This document shows, in pieces, positions 27,695 through 39,751 of a stretch of 64,000 bases of DNA. Each line of letters starts with the position of its first letter. The first letter of the stretch is position 1. The notes below the pieces were generated by a model. It saw only the letters and a list, made by a program, of their open reading frames with translations. It was not told where the DNA came from and did not search any database. The stretch is taken from assembly GCA_036172245.1 (NCBI GenBank), contig JAYWIR010000002.1, positions 2,790,001 to 2,854,000 on the forward strand, written 5' to 3'. The position numbers were made by a program, and so were the translations under genes. The DNA comes from Raillietiella orientalis. Lineage: Eukaryota.

Positions 27695-30600
27695 TAGTAT
27701 AATGCAAAAGGACAGAGAAACGCAGACATTTGGGGAGACTTTTCATCTTAGTAACCAAGCGGAACCTCTAGAACAGATTTGAAATGAAGAACTTATGGTT
27801 TGGTTAACTCTTGTTCAAGACGGTAGGATAGGGTGATAGACCCTTCCCCAAAGCGGAATCCGAACGTAAAAAAGACATTGACGAGCTGTAGAATCGTATT
27901 CTATTGCTGCTGGAGATGCGAGAGCCTGGATGGCATTGTGAAAGAGTGAGAGCTGTTTTGCGACCGCCAACTTTAGGTAGTGAGGTATGGGTGTGGCGTT
28001 CCTAAGGTGGGGGGGGGCCCTACAGCATCCGGGAAGCATGATCCCATGTCTGATCTTGTCTCGAGAGCATTCAGCTTCCCATTTCGCAACCTTTCCATGT
28101 AACGGAAGGGGGAGAGAAGGAGTCTTCTTGTCTCACAACTCATTCATACTGAAGGCACTGGTTTCTTTTCCAGCTTGTGAGATCGTTCTTGCACTGTTAT
28201 GCTTGTCGATCGCTGTCCTCAGCTGTGAAGGAAAAGAAAGACAGCACAGCATCACGGAGATTCCCGGATGAATAGTACGTGACTCCTACGTCGTTCAGTA
28301 TCATGGATGAGGATTAAACGAAAAGGTTTCTCCTGCTCGTGTCTGGGTAATAAGTGAATGCTCATCGGCCACCCTCAATTTGCAGTGCTATGCCGCCTTC
28401 GGAATATTCTTTATTTCTGATGCAGTCTTCCCTCTCACTTAATCATCAGGCTTGCAATGCACATCTGTTCACACAATTTTTTGAATAAAAAGAAAAAGAA
28501 ACTGATAAATTACAAATTACAAGCTAATTTCAGAAACGTATCCGCTTGATCTATGTGGTAAGGAGAAGCTGAACGAAGGAGGAGGGATATGGGGTGTGCA
28601 TTGAAGGCAGAAAAGATGAGATCGCATAGAAGTTAACTACGGATGTCGTTCCTTTCCTTTTTCCCTTTCCTCTTCTGGATTTAACTATGCCAGTTGCACA
28701 AAACATGAGGACTTCAAATCACCAATCAGATCCAAATGTATGTAGGTTATGGATAGAGTTGCAGCCTTCAACGCTTTCGAGGATATCTTTTCCCAGGCTC
28801 TTTGTGTGTAATTCACAAGGTAGTGGGAAGTCTCCAAAAAGGAAAATCAGCAACATCTCCCCCCCCCCCCCCCATAGCCTAGCTGTAAGTGATCTACTCT
28901 GCAGCACGAAAATTCACTTTTGGATCAGAATTCAAGGAGGAGAAAAGAAGAAAGTGGAAAGATGGTATAGGGAAGATGATGAATTATTATTTCCTGAAAG
29001 CACCCTTCCTTTCGACGGTGGCTGACTTCCTGGTTAAGCTTAGCGGTTCCGCAGCGTTATCTAGCTGTTTGCTCTGGAATTTCAGAGGATGGAGAGGAGA
29101 GCTCATTCAGAAGGCGCTACTTCCTCAACAGAAAGGGGGAGGAGGAGAGGCAGAAGGATTAGGAAAGGAGTGTAGACGGGTGGTGGAGAAGAAATCGCGA
29201 AGTTGGCCGAACTGTCGTTGTTGTTGTCTGGCTGCCCTTCGCGAATAGGAAGATTCGGCTACCGGCCATATTGCCAGCCTCCTGCCGGCAGGAAACGAAG
29301 ACAGAGGAAACATAAAGTGAGGGATGTGAGGCCAGAAATCCACAGGATGGAACGGATGCGCTCAGCTGGGTAGTTGGCCTCCGAGGTTCCGCTCCAGCCA
29401 TGGACGAAAACAATGGCAAAAAGAGGGAGAGACAGAAAGAAAGAAAATGAAGTCCGAAATTTTTCACCGCAAAACGAGCCCAAATCAGGAGCGAACATGC
29501 TCCACACAACGCTGACTCATATACGGGGTGTAGGTGAGAAGTTGAACTCCTATTCTCGAAGCGAGTGGGACATGGATAGTGTCAGTAGCTGGGCTAGGCA
29601 GTTTCTGTGCTGATACACGGCCTTAAGAAAAGAACAGAGTTCTTTGTGCCTGATCCTCCACAGCTGTCTTTTGCTTTGCCCATGGTTTATGCAAGATCGT
29701 CAGCACTGGAGAAAAACCCCGTTGTGTGACCCGATAGGTCCGAGTTCTGGAACCTCAACAAGCCATGCATGATCTGTGCGGACTGTTGCGCTTCCCTGAG
29801 GTTGTTCACAGGAAAAACTCATCGCGGTAGCGTTCACACTTCCCACGTTCCACCCACCGGACTGTTTCTACGAGTGAAAAAGAAAACGAACCTTTGCTCA
29901 GCAAGTATCCACCGGAATCAGCAACATGGAAGCTTTTCCAAGATACTCCAGTGGTTCGTGTAAGCAAGCAGAGGGAAGGATAGATGTAGTTGTAACAGTT
30001 TCTTGCATCATCATCTCTACCAGACAGTTCGATCTCTTTCTCTCTCTCTCTCTGTCTTTTTGTTTTTTGTTACAAGAGGAAATTTTCATCTAGAGAAATC
30101 GTGCTGGAAAATCAGCGTGAACCTTTGTGTGCATTGTGAAGTCATCGGAATGCACTATGTCTAACGAGTTCCTGAGATGCTCAACATGGTAACCAAGTTC
30201 AAACGCAACAATGCAAATAGGGTAGGCTCCTAGGCCTTCCAGACTGTCGGCCATGATGGAAGTCAACCCAATGCAGGAAAGATTGGTGACTTGAGGGCAC
30301 CCGAATTCGAAATTGGTTGGAATTGTGCTACGGATCAAACGAGATACACTCACATGTTTTGTTTTGTTTTGTTTTTTTAAATGAGTGGGTGGCATATCGA
30401 GACAAGCAGGTATTCTTACTAATGCGCACCCTGTGATCGTGGATGCGTGATGTGTATATGTGTGTGTGTATGACACGTTACATGCTCTTTGTGAAAAACT
30501 GAATTACCATTCGAATTTGTTGCCTTTACTTTGAATCAAATCAGCTGTTCGAAACGAAATTACCGGATATGCTCCTTTTCTTCTTATTATTCCTCCTCCT

Positions 30601-30857
30601 CCTCTCCTGGTCTTCACTCCAAATGCCCTGCTGCCACTTGATTTAAAAAAATAATTTGGCACACATGCAAAGATGCTGCAGATGTATGTTTCATCACCTG
30701 AACTCCAAATAGCTTGAATTTCTTTATCATCTTCAAAAAACCACGGTATACGGCACTTTGACGACCGCTAAGCAGTTCGCAGTTTCTCGCGTACGATCGC
30801 TTCACTTCAAAAAAGAAAGAAAGAAAGAAAAGGAAAAAAAAAGAAAAAAACAGGCAA

Positions 30858-31835
30858 ATGCATAACTGGAAAAGCGAAACTGCCATTGGTGAGCGCTTCA
30901 AGAATTACGCCAAATCATGCACTTTACAGTACAAACCTCAATGGCTAGAAGGTGCGTGTGCCGTGCGTATTCCAGCTGAATCGAAATGGAGTTTTGCTGA
31001 AAAAGCAGCGTTGAAGAATGGTATCCGAGTTCAGCTATGGCACTTTTGATGCTGCGAATGCGGACAGTTGCTTCTGGAGAAACCAAAACAACTCCAAGAG
31101 TAACTCGTACTGTGATTGTAGTACAATAAACAGAAACGAGAGTAAGTAAGTCACTTCCGCTGTTTGCATTTGTGATAATCCTGCTGGAATTCGGTCTGCC
31201 GAAAGTGATATTATTCAAAACGGTTGTAGTTATTGATTACCTGATATTACCTGTGAATAAGAATGAGTGTAGAGTACGTTTCTGAAATCTGCTTGTAATT
31301 TTTAATTCATCAGTTTTTCTTTTTTTTTTTAAAAAAAAAAAAAACTTTTTGTGAACAGATGTGAACTACAATCCCGATGATTCAGTGAAAGGAGAGATTG
31401 CATCTGAAATAAAGAATATTCTCAAGGTGGCAAGGATTCAGCATTTTTCTTCACAAGCCATGAAGTTTTCCAAAACTCTGCTCCCTCGGATAGCAGAAGA
31501 AGTGATAAGCAAAGCAGAAAAGGAAATATGTGGTATCAGGTACTTCAAATTTGATGCTTCCAGGATGAATGAGGTTTTTTATGTGTTCTAGGGGTTGTAC
31601 ATTACGTGTGTTTTACGTCGACGAAAACAGATGTCGCAAAGAGTTGGGTTCTTTCAAGATAGACTACGACTCGGTTTCCACATTCGAATTGCTCCTGATT
31701 CTCCACAGAATCACGTACCCTCTGATCAATGTGTCATCAAGTTTTTTGAGAAGAGCATTCTATTCAGTAGGTTCTATAGAAATAGATGATCAGTTTGAAT
31801 TGCTGCTGAAAAAGCTGTACAGAACATACGATTGA
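30858..31835 (+). CDS. DDIT4: DDIT4/REDD1 family (RTP801_C domain; scylla/charybde-like) mTORC1 repressor. Exons about 30858-30888 (tentative), 31359-31539, 31592-31835
   Basis: Spliced peptide ...LLPRIAEEVISKAEKEICGIR|GCTLRVFYVDENRCRKELGSFKIDYDSVSTFELLLILHR...FELLLKKLYRTYD* matches the family signature (RIAxDVL..S..EPCGLRGC.....V.TFEL.L.....F.L.KKKLY). The 52-bp intron 31540-31591 restores frame exactly. Confidence 0.88.
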
Positions 31836-31910
31836 GTAGGTATCGAATTGTACTTTTAGTACTAAGGCACTTTGTTCTCTATTCTTATTGAACTGTTAGC
31901 AAATTTGCAA

Positions 31911-31932
31911 TATATATATATATATATATATA
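31911..31932. repeat. (TA)n microsatellite downstream of the DDIT4-like stop codon
   Basis: Direct reading: tatatatatatatatatatata. Confidence 0.9.
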
Positions 31933-32776
31933 TTGCAAATTAATTGTATGTATTTTTTCTTTGCAGAGTGTTTTTTACTATAACTATCCCACTAATTGAA
32001 GCATCATGCTCGAGTCAATGAACTTTGAAAATATGATACCAGGCCTGGTGTTAAATTCACATTCCACGTGAAGTGTACACAAAATCTCAACTTGTGGAAA
32101 ACCCATCAGTTTCTTTTCATGCAAAACAAATGAATAAATTTACGTTTACAACTGGAATGTCGTTTCTTTCAATGGCACCTTTCACGTCATATTCAAGATG
32201 CATTCTATAAAGGAGTCAGCATCTCATTTTATTCTATTAGTCAAAAAAAAAAAAAAAATGATGCGTTTTGCTGCCGGGATATTTTCACTTTTGCCGTTCA
32301 GCCAATCATTCATAACAAAACAAACTTTTCTCTCCAAACGGCAGGGATCTAAAGTACAGCAACAGCAACAACAAAAATTATTTTTTATCCAAAGGGGCTG
32401 GAAGAACCCGTATTCTAAACTGTCTGCACATTCCTTGTAGGGTGTTTACGGTTTTCAGTTCTTGAAAATTTCCATATGGAAGAATAAAATGAGATGCTGA
32501 CTCAGGGCAGTGAGTTTCTATTAGCCTGAAAATAAACATCGGCTAAACACCCGGATTTTCAAGAGATAGCGCAGTAACCTCGAGGTGTTAGCACTTGGTC
32601 TTATCTGCTTTCTTCATCCACTGCTGAAGCGGATGCATCTTGGAAAAACAAAAGCTTCTTTTTCGGTATTCGATCGCTTTTCGAAGAGAAACGAAAGAAA
32701 GAAAACTCATTTCTAGATCGCTTAAGATACCCTCTGATCTCTGTGTTTGCTTGCTTACCGGTTTCCCTTTTTTTTT

Positions 32777-33380
32777 GGGGGGGGGGGGGGGGGGGGGCTT
32801 TGGTTGAATTTGAAGGAGGGAGGGGGGGGCAACACGGCTCGCGCGAAAAACGTGCCCAGTGCGAGTGCGCACGCGCGAGCATCCACGAGCATCTCTGACC
32901 CGCAGCCGCTTTCTGGACCCGCACTCGCGAGTTGCTCTGCAAGTGACGGAGGAAAAAGTGGAGGGTGTCCCGCGACGCACACACATCTCGCCCCCCGTCC
33001 ACGGAGTTGCGCGCGCAGCTCGCTCGGCGGTCGGAGCAGCAGGGAGATTCGGAGCGCGCGCGAAACAAATTTATGCAAATTTCCCCGACCGCGGCTCTCG
33101 TTCCACCAGGGGCGAACCCGATGACGCAATTCCCTTCGGCGGAGGCCCTGAGCGTCACGTGGTTCGAAGCGCGCGCTTCCGCTCGCGCGCGCAGGCGCTC
33201 GAGGAGAGGGTGTCCGACCCGTCCGTGCTCGTCTCGTGAGAAAGTGACCTGGAGAGGAAGGTACGCTCGCCGGCGGAGCCTGCGGGCGGGCGAAGGGGGG
33301 GAAGATCCCGCAAGATGCGACACGCTTTGCATCTGGCCGACAGGACACGCGTTCTCCATCGCGCGAAGTGCGCAGTTCCG
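32777..33380. promoter_or_regulatory. CpG-island/promoter-like block beginning with a G21 run
   Basis: Abrupt AT-to-GC switch; dense CGCG; E2F-like GCGCGAAA at about 32841 and 33058; octamer ATGCAAAT at 33073-33080; E-box CACGTG at about 33156. No linked gene identified. Confidence 0.4.
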
Positions 33381-35484
33381 CCGATTTTTTTTTTCTTTTC
33401 CCATGTGGCGATCACCCCAGCAGCAGGGTTTACTCTGTTCTCATCCATCAGAATTTATCATCCTACTGCCCCACTTGTTCTTTTTTTTTGAAAAAAAAAA
33501 AAAGAGGCAACTGAAGGAAAAGTGACCGATAAAAGATATTCATGCATGTGACCTCAGAGATGCTCAGCCCCTCTTCGGATGTCCAGAGACTGAGGTGTCG
33601 CGAAGCAAATGCGGGGAGCCGCCAATGATGGAACGAAGTCCTCTTCCTCCAAACGGGCTCCTTCCTCCCTCCTTCCTTCCCCCACAGAACCGCTGATGAC
33701 TGAGGCGGCGGCCCGTCTCCACAAGAGAGAGCTCCGCGTTTTCCACGGGGTTCCCCCTGTGGAAAACGCGGGGCACTCCGGGCCGTTTCCCGAAACCCGG
33801 GAAGGTCGGATCCTCCCTCCCAAGCGAGCACGGAGAAGTGACTGGCCTCACGGCCTGCCTTGTCTTCTGGACGGTCTCTACCCTCGGGCGGCAAAAGGAT
33901 AGGGCGTTCCTTGCGCCCTCAGCTTCGTGTCCGGGAAGACTGCCGGTGCGCGCACGATCACCTTCCTGCCCCTTGAGGTCCCCTTGAGGACTCTTCTCTC
34001 CGAAGGGCACTCCTCCCCCTGCCCTCTGTCTCCGTTTGGGGAGCCGCGAGCGCCTTCTGATCTTCCCCCGCCCCGGCGGCGGGCGGCCGGCCCACTCGCC
34101 TCCACGGATCAACGGGACGAGTCCAGCGGAGTGGGGCGCGCGCGCGCGCCGATGTTCCCTGGAAGCAGGAAGGGAAGGGTAGGGGCGAGGACAAGCTCAA
34201 TTCCTGGGGGAGCAACCCTCCTGCCATCCTGCGCCGCGAGGGGCAAGCGGAAGGAGAGCAGAGAGCCGGATTCGTCGCTCTGGGAATCCGATCTCCAGGG
34301 AGACGGAGGAATCTCACCACTGGGTGTACTGCCTCGAGGCGCTCTGCTGCTACTGCCACCCGCTCTCCCTGCCGCTGGCGGTCGTCGCCCACCGTCTGTG
34401 TTGGCTGCAGCCTCCATCGGGGGATGAGTTGGTGGGGGTGGGGGGGGGGGGCGTGGACGAGGACCGTCCTGCTGCGCTCTCCGCAATTTCCTCGAGAAAC
34501 TGTGGGAAGGCACTACTCTAAAGATGGATGCCGGCCATTAGACGTAGCGCGCCGAGGATGGGAACTGACCCACAGTTCCCTTCCCCTCCTTCCCTTCCCC
34601 TATTCCTCCCCTGCTCCCGGCCTGGAACCGCGGTGGCGGTCGGTCGATTGATGCAGCGGAACGACGCATGAGCTCGGTAGGTGGCGTCAGGCAGCGCAAA
34701 CCAGCTGGAAAGGAGGCCACGGGTAAGGAGACTTCCGGAATGATGCAGAGCACCTCTTCATGAGCCCCGGACGTTTGGAATCGAGCGCGCTGCTGCGCCG
34801 TCTACAGGCATAGGAAGGAACAGGGGAGGTAGTGGCGTAAGGAAGGCTGGAAACAAGGGACACCACGGGCCTGTCGTGAAGGGAGATGGAACCGTGTGAC
34901 TCCCACCTCGTTTACCTTCCTCCCTCTCTCCTTTCCTTCCCTCTACTGTCCCTCGTCCCACAAAGGGTGTTTTCGGCATCCTCCGGAGGTCATTTTTAGA
35001 TTCACCACTGGGGGGCAGCAGTTGCAGGGAGGAGAGAGAGAGAGAAGTTGGGAGAAGGAAGGGGATTATCTAGAACAGGCTCAGCAGAAGCGTCAGTCGG
35101 ATGGAAGAATCGGGGGAGGATCGGATGAGGACCAACGAGATGCTCGAAGGGGCTCCCGAGGAGCTGCTTGGGGGAGCGGACGATGAAGAGAGAGGCGGAG
35201 GAGAAGAGCCCAGTCTGGCTGGAGGGCGAGGTCTCGCGCCGCCAGCAAAACTGCAGGGAAAGTAGGGTTGCGCGCGTGCACACCGACAGTCGTCGGAGGC
35301 CTTGTGGTCAAGGCTTCCTCGTGTGGCACCATGCGTCGCGGGTTCAAATACTTCGGCAGAAACTCTGACGCCACTGCGTCGTCGGGTTCCGAGTTTCTCC
35401 TGCAATGGCGCTGGTTGGCCGATGACATTCGGGCGTGGCACCGGCTGTGGATTAAGTCGGAGGCCCCCGATGAAGGCGGAACAA

Positions 35485-36077
35485 TGGGAGTCAACCTTCG
35501 GGTCCTCCCAGGAATCAAGGAGTGGGGAGTTCCCCCTCCTGTCGTGCAACGGAGAGCGGACCCCCCAACCGGGGGATCCCTCCGGTTTCAAGATGGAGCA
35601 GGAGCCCTAACGGGCACCTCTCCAGTTTTTCAAAGGAGTGGACCCCCCTGTTGGGGGATCCCTCCGAGTCGTCGCCTCTTCACAGAGTGTGCACAAGGAA
35701 GCAAGCGAGAGCGATTCCCTGTGGGAAGCTGCAGCGCCCCTTCTGAGTTTCGGAAGCGTCCCTTCGGGGTTCTCTTCAGAGGAGTGAACAGGAGCGGTTC
35801 CCTTGCGGGTTCCCTCCGGAGAAGAAATTCCTACAAGCGGATCCTTTCCGGATTCCCTTCGGAGAAGTTGAAATGGAGAGGACCACCCCCCATTGCGAGG
35901 GGTGTCCCTCCGGATAGAATGAGGAAGGAGATTCCCTGCGGGGTTCCCCTTCGGAGACAACCAGGGTGGGAGGTGCGATCTCCCCCGTCCGGGGGGTCCC
36001 TCCCCTAGAGTGAGAGGAACGGACTCTGAGCCCTTCCTGGATTCATAGGGCGGACCGCATTCCGGGGTGCCCCCTAT
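35485..36077 (+). repeat. Degenerate array of about 12-14 GC-rich stem-loop units, period about 35-55 nt
   Basis: Units such as GGAGCGGTTCCC-TTGC-GGGTTCCCTCC (35791-35817), GGAGTGGACCCCC-CTGTT-GGGGGATCCCTCC (35635-35665), TGGAGCAGGAGCCC-TAAC-GGGCACCTCTCCA (35594-35624) and GAAGCGTCCC-TTCG-GGGTTCTCTTC (35753-35777). Confidence 0.8.
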
Positions 36078-39000
36078 CCTGAAGAATTACACACCTCCCT
36101 GCGGGTTGCCGCGGGCGGAGGAGCGTGGAAACAAAACACCGACAGTCGTAGGGACGGTTTGCGAGCGCTATCCCTCCCCCCTCCAAAGGAGGATGGGGTA
36201 GGGTCAACAGAATCACCGCAGCACGGACCCAACGCAGAAAAAGAAGGCGTCTTAGGGCTGTGAGGGAAGGGAGACCAGGGAGAGAGGCAAGAGACAGCCC
36301 CTTCCAGTTCCTGACCCTCTTTTCTCCTTCTTCTCCCTCTCCTTGTCCTCTTTCCTCCCTTCCTCCTTTCTTCCCTTCCTTCCTCCTCCTTCCTCCTCCT
36401 CCCTTCCTCCCTTTTGTCCAAACCTTAGTTCAGCACTCTCGCTGCCGGATGACTGTAGGGCGAGCGGGCTCGCACCTTCCCTGGAGCAAGGCGCACTCCG
36501 GAGGAGAGAGCATACCTGAGTCGAAAACATCGTGATGAGAATGCGCACGAAGAGGAGAAGTGGGAAGGAAAGGGGAGGAGAGGGAGGGACCTTGAGACGA
36601 CCAGTAACTCCCTCTTTGCCGTCCACTTTCCTTGACAGGATGGGCTCCGAGGGAAAGCCGCACCATTTGGAAGCTGCGCTCCCTGAACCACAAGACTTCC
36701 CCCTCGAACTCCCCGGCTTCCAAGAAGGGCTCCTTCCAGGAAGGCGGGCGGGATTTTCGACCAGCATGGCAAAAGACCACGGAGTGCTGAGGGCAGCGGA
36801 GCATCCTTCGCTCCTGCCGCAGCAAGCTGGGGCTGTTTCCGAGGGAACGCCCTGCACAGGCGGCCAAGGTCATCCAGAAAGTTCCATCCCGTCCTCGCCG
36901 GGATTTTTCCAAGGACGCTGCGCTCCCCCGAGAAGCGGGCTAGGAGCCGCTTCATTCTTCCTGCTCCTGCTCGAGCGTAAGCTCCGCATGGGAAGGATCC
37001 AGGGAAGGGGGAGGGAGATGAGCGTGGCCCGTCCCGAGCCTGTCACTTGCGTAAGTCTTGATCAGGGGATTCATGTGGAGGGACCAACCATGAGTTTCCT
37101 GGGGCGGCAGGGTGCCAGAAGTCAACTTCTTCAGGGACTAATGAAGATCATTCGGACCTGTGTGTTTTTCCCGTCACGACCCCTACTTTTGCTCCCTCCG
37201 TCCCCCTTGACCGTGGGCCCTGTTCCCTGTCTCCATCCGGCTCTCGACCATCTCTTCGGCGCGTTCCTCGCTCTGCTCAGCGGTTGGTTCAGCGGTTCAG
37301 ACGGGCTCAGCGGTTGGTTCTTGATGCGACCTCGGCTTTGACCGCAGAGCCACCCGAGGCTTCCCGTTTCCGGGGTGCTCTCCCGCGCATCCTTTCCCGG
37401 CCCGCCCCACACTTCCCTCCAGAGCACCGTCGCCGGCGTCCTTGGAGAATCCAAGGATGCGAAAAACCTCAGGGCGCGTCGTCCGCTGCCGGAAGAGATA
37501 GATGGACGCAGCGCGCAGCCGTCCTCGCTGTCAGGAGCCTCCGTGCATCTCGCGCCATGGGCGGCAACCGTGCCCGAGGCGACTCCTCAGCGCGGCGCCG
37601 AAAACGCGCCCGTCGTCCAAGGAGCTGCCGAGGGACGTCTGCTCCGGGGATCGCTTCCTTTTTGCCCGGAGCGGGTGGGCGGATGAGGCGAAGGGACGGC
37701 GGAAGGACGCGGAGTGCGCGCGGCCCCGACTTGGCCGGCCTTGGCTGCCCCTCCTCCCTTCCCTTGAGGGGATGAGCGATCACCTGTCATCACGGATGTC
37801 GCCTGCCCGCGTCCAGAACTTCTTTCAGCCGCTTTTGGAGGCTTCGAGGCAGCATCAGCGTGAGGCGGGAAAGAAGTCCGGGACTGGGCGACTGATTCTT
37901 CCTCGAGGGAGTGTCGTCGCCAGCACGGGCACTCTCGCCGTTGCGGGAGCCTGGGCAACACCGGAAACGCCGGGATAGGCATCGAAAAAAGACTCCTGAC
38001 AAACAGGAGAGCGGAGAAGCATTTCGGGAAAAGGGGGACGGTCTCCAGCATGCAGAGCTCTCGAGACGTGTCTGCTTAGAGCATCGGTTGACCTCGACCT
38101 TCCGTTCCCTCTCCTTCCTGCTCGCGAGATTTCTCGGAGAGTAGACGAGGGCGGAGAAGAGCCGGGATTTCCCCCACCTGACCCGGGAAGCCAGGAAGGA
38201 GAACCTCAGAGCGCCGGCAGCGGCTTCAGAGAGTGGACAGGTTCCCGGCGACCCTTAACCCTCCCCATCCATCTCCATGCACGCACGCAAAACAAAGGAA
38301 GGAAAAGAATTTTTTTTTTTCACTTTTATTGTCTTTGTCCCCTCCCTCTTCTCTCCTTCCCCCTTCACAGGCTCGTCTGTCCCGTACCAACCGGTTACCG
38401 ACCAGCCCGCGTGGCTGTACACGCTTCCGGCACGTGAGTCCTGAAGCGAGCTTCCCGTCCTGGATCCCCGGCCCATCAGCTTCAAGCAAGGAAGAAGATT
38501 CTTCGTAAGGAGGGGAAGGGGAGGGGCAAGAAAAGAGCCTCCCGAAACGAGACGTGGAAAACAGAGATGGTGAAGGAAGGAGAAGCTGCGCCTCTGGGAG
38601 CGGTCCGAGAGAACCTTCCACTTAACGCGGCGGCGATACGAGGAAATCTGCGGAGCGTGGGGAGTAGCCAGCCTCGAGACGGTGGTCCCGAACGAGTGGG
38701 CGCAGGTTTTCGAGCTGCTGTTCGCTGTTCCTCTCGACCTCGTCCCACTTTCGAGGTGAGGGGTCGAAGGGGTCGATGGGCATCATCATCATCAGCAGCA
38801 GCAGCATGGGATCGGTCTTCTTCGATGGCATGCGCATCTGCTACAGCTGCGCTTCCCAGAATCTTTGCTCTCTCCGACTGCTTGGAGATCGGAGCCGAGA
38901 GTTCGTTCCGGGTATGCCCGCAGCAATTCTCCCGGTCCTCTTCCCGTTACGAGGGCTTTGTCGGGATCTTGGGATCCCCAGGTGGCGATGTCCCTCAAGG

Positions 39001-39327
39001 GAGAGAGAACTCTCGAGCCACATGCGGATTCAGCCCACCAGGTGGTGATGGTGGAAGCGGCCACGATCCAACGACCGAGCCTCTCCGCAATGGGGAAGGC
39101 CACCGGAAGTACCGGCTGGGACACCCTTTCGAATCCCCGAGCGGGGAGCGGTGTAGGTGGAACCTCTCCCGAAGACGACGCTCCCCTTTGACCCCGCCCA
39201 ACGCCTAAATGCGGCCGAGCAAGGTCGCCACGGTGCCCGAAGGCGGTTCGGACTGAGCCGGCGACCCTCATCCTGTCGAATGCCCCCTCCCTCGTTGCAT
39301 CACGGAGCGCCACCATCTCCACCACCA

Positions 39328-39751
39328 AGGAACGACATCGGAGTAGAAGGGTGGGGTCGGTTCCTTAAGTTGACCGGATGAAAATTGAGACGCCCCGGGA
39401 AGATGCCAGCCGCCGCCGGACGGGCGGGACGGATATGCAGGGACCGCATCCGAGAGGTAGCAGAACGCAGGAACAGCAAGGGAAAAGGAAGATTGGATGA
39501 GGAGCTGGGAGGGGTGCCTGGAACACCTGTCGCGCAAGGGACTCTCCGGGAACACCGGAGGAGCAGAGAATAGTTCGAGGGAAACTGAAACGGTCGTCGG
39601 TAATTCCCGTCCCAGCCCTTCCTTCCCTCTTCCTCTTCTCTTTCCGTTCCCGCCCGTCCGGCGGAGGCCGACATCCTCCCGGGGACGTCTCGATTTTTGT
39701 TCTGGTGAACGTGAGGAATCGAACCCACCCTTCGACCCCGATGTCGTTCCT
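39328..39751. repeat. Diverged inverted repeat: arms 39328-39433 and 39643-39751, spacer about 210 bp
   Basis: AGGAACGACATCGG...CCGCCGGACGGGCGGGACGGA aligns to the reverse complement of 39643-39751 at roughly 80-85% identity by eye. Confidence 0.85.

Noticed and set aside
30100-31000. RCGTG hypoxia-response-like words upstream of the DDIT4-like gene
   Set aside because: These 5-mers occur at background frequency and cannot be supported from sequence alone.
35485-36077. CRISPR-like interpretation of the hairpin array
   Set aside because: Units are not identical, linkers are short and irregular, there are no cas genes, and the context is an animal genome.
39711-39728. Minus-strand GGTTCGATTCC (Pol III B-box / tRNA T-loop-like)
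   Set aside because: No A-box or cloverleaf upstream, and the motif is not kept in the partner arm of the inverted repeat.
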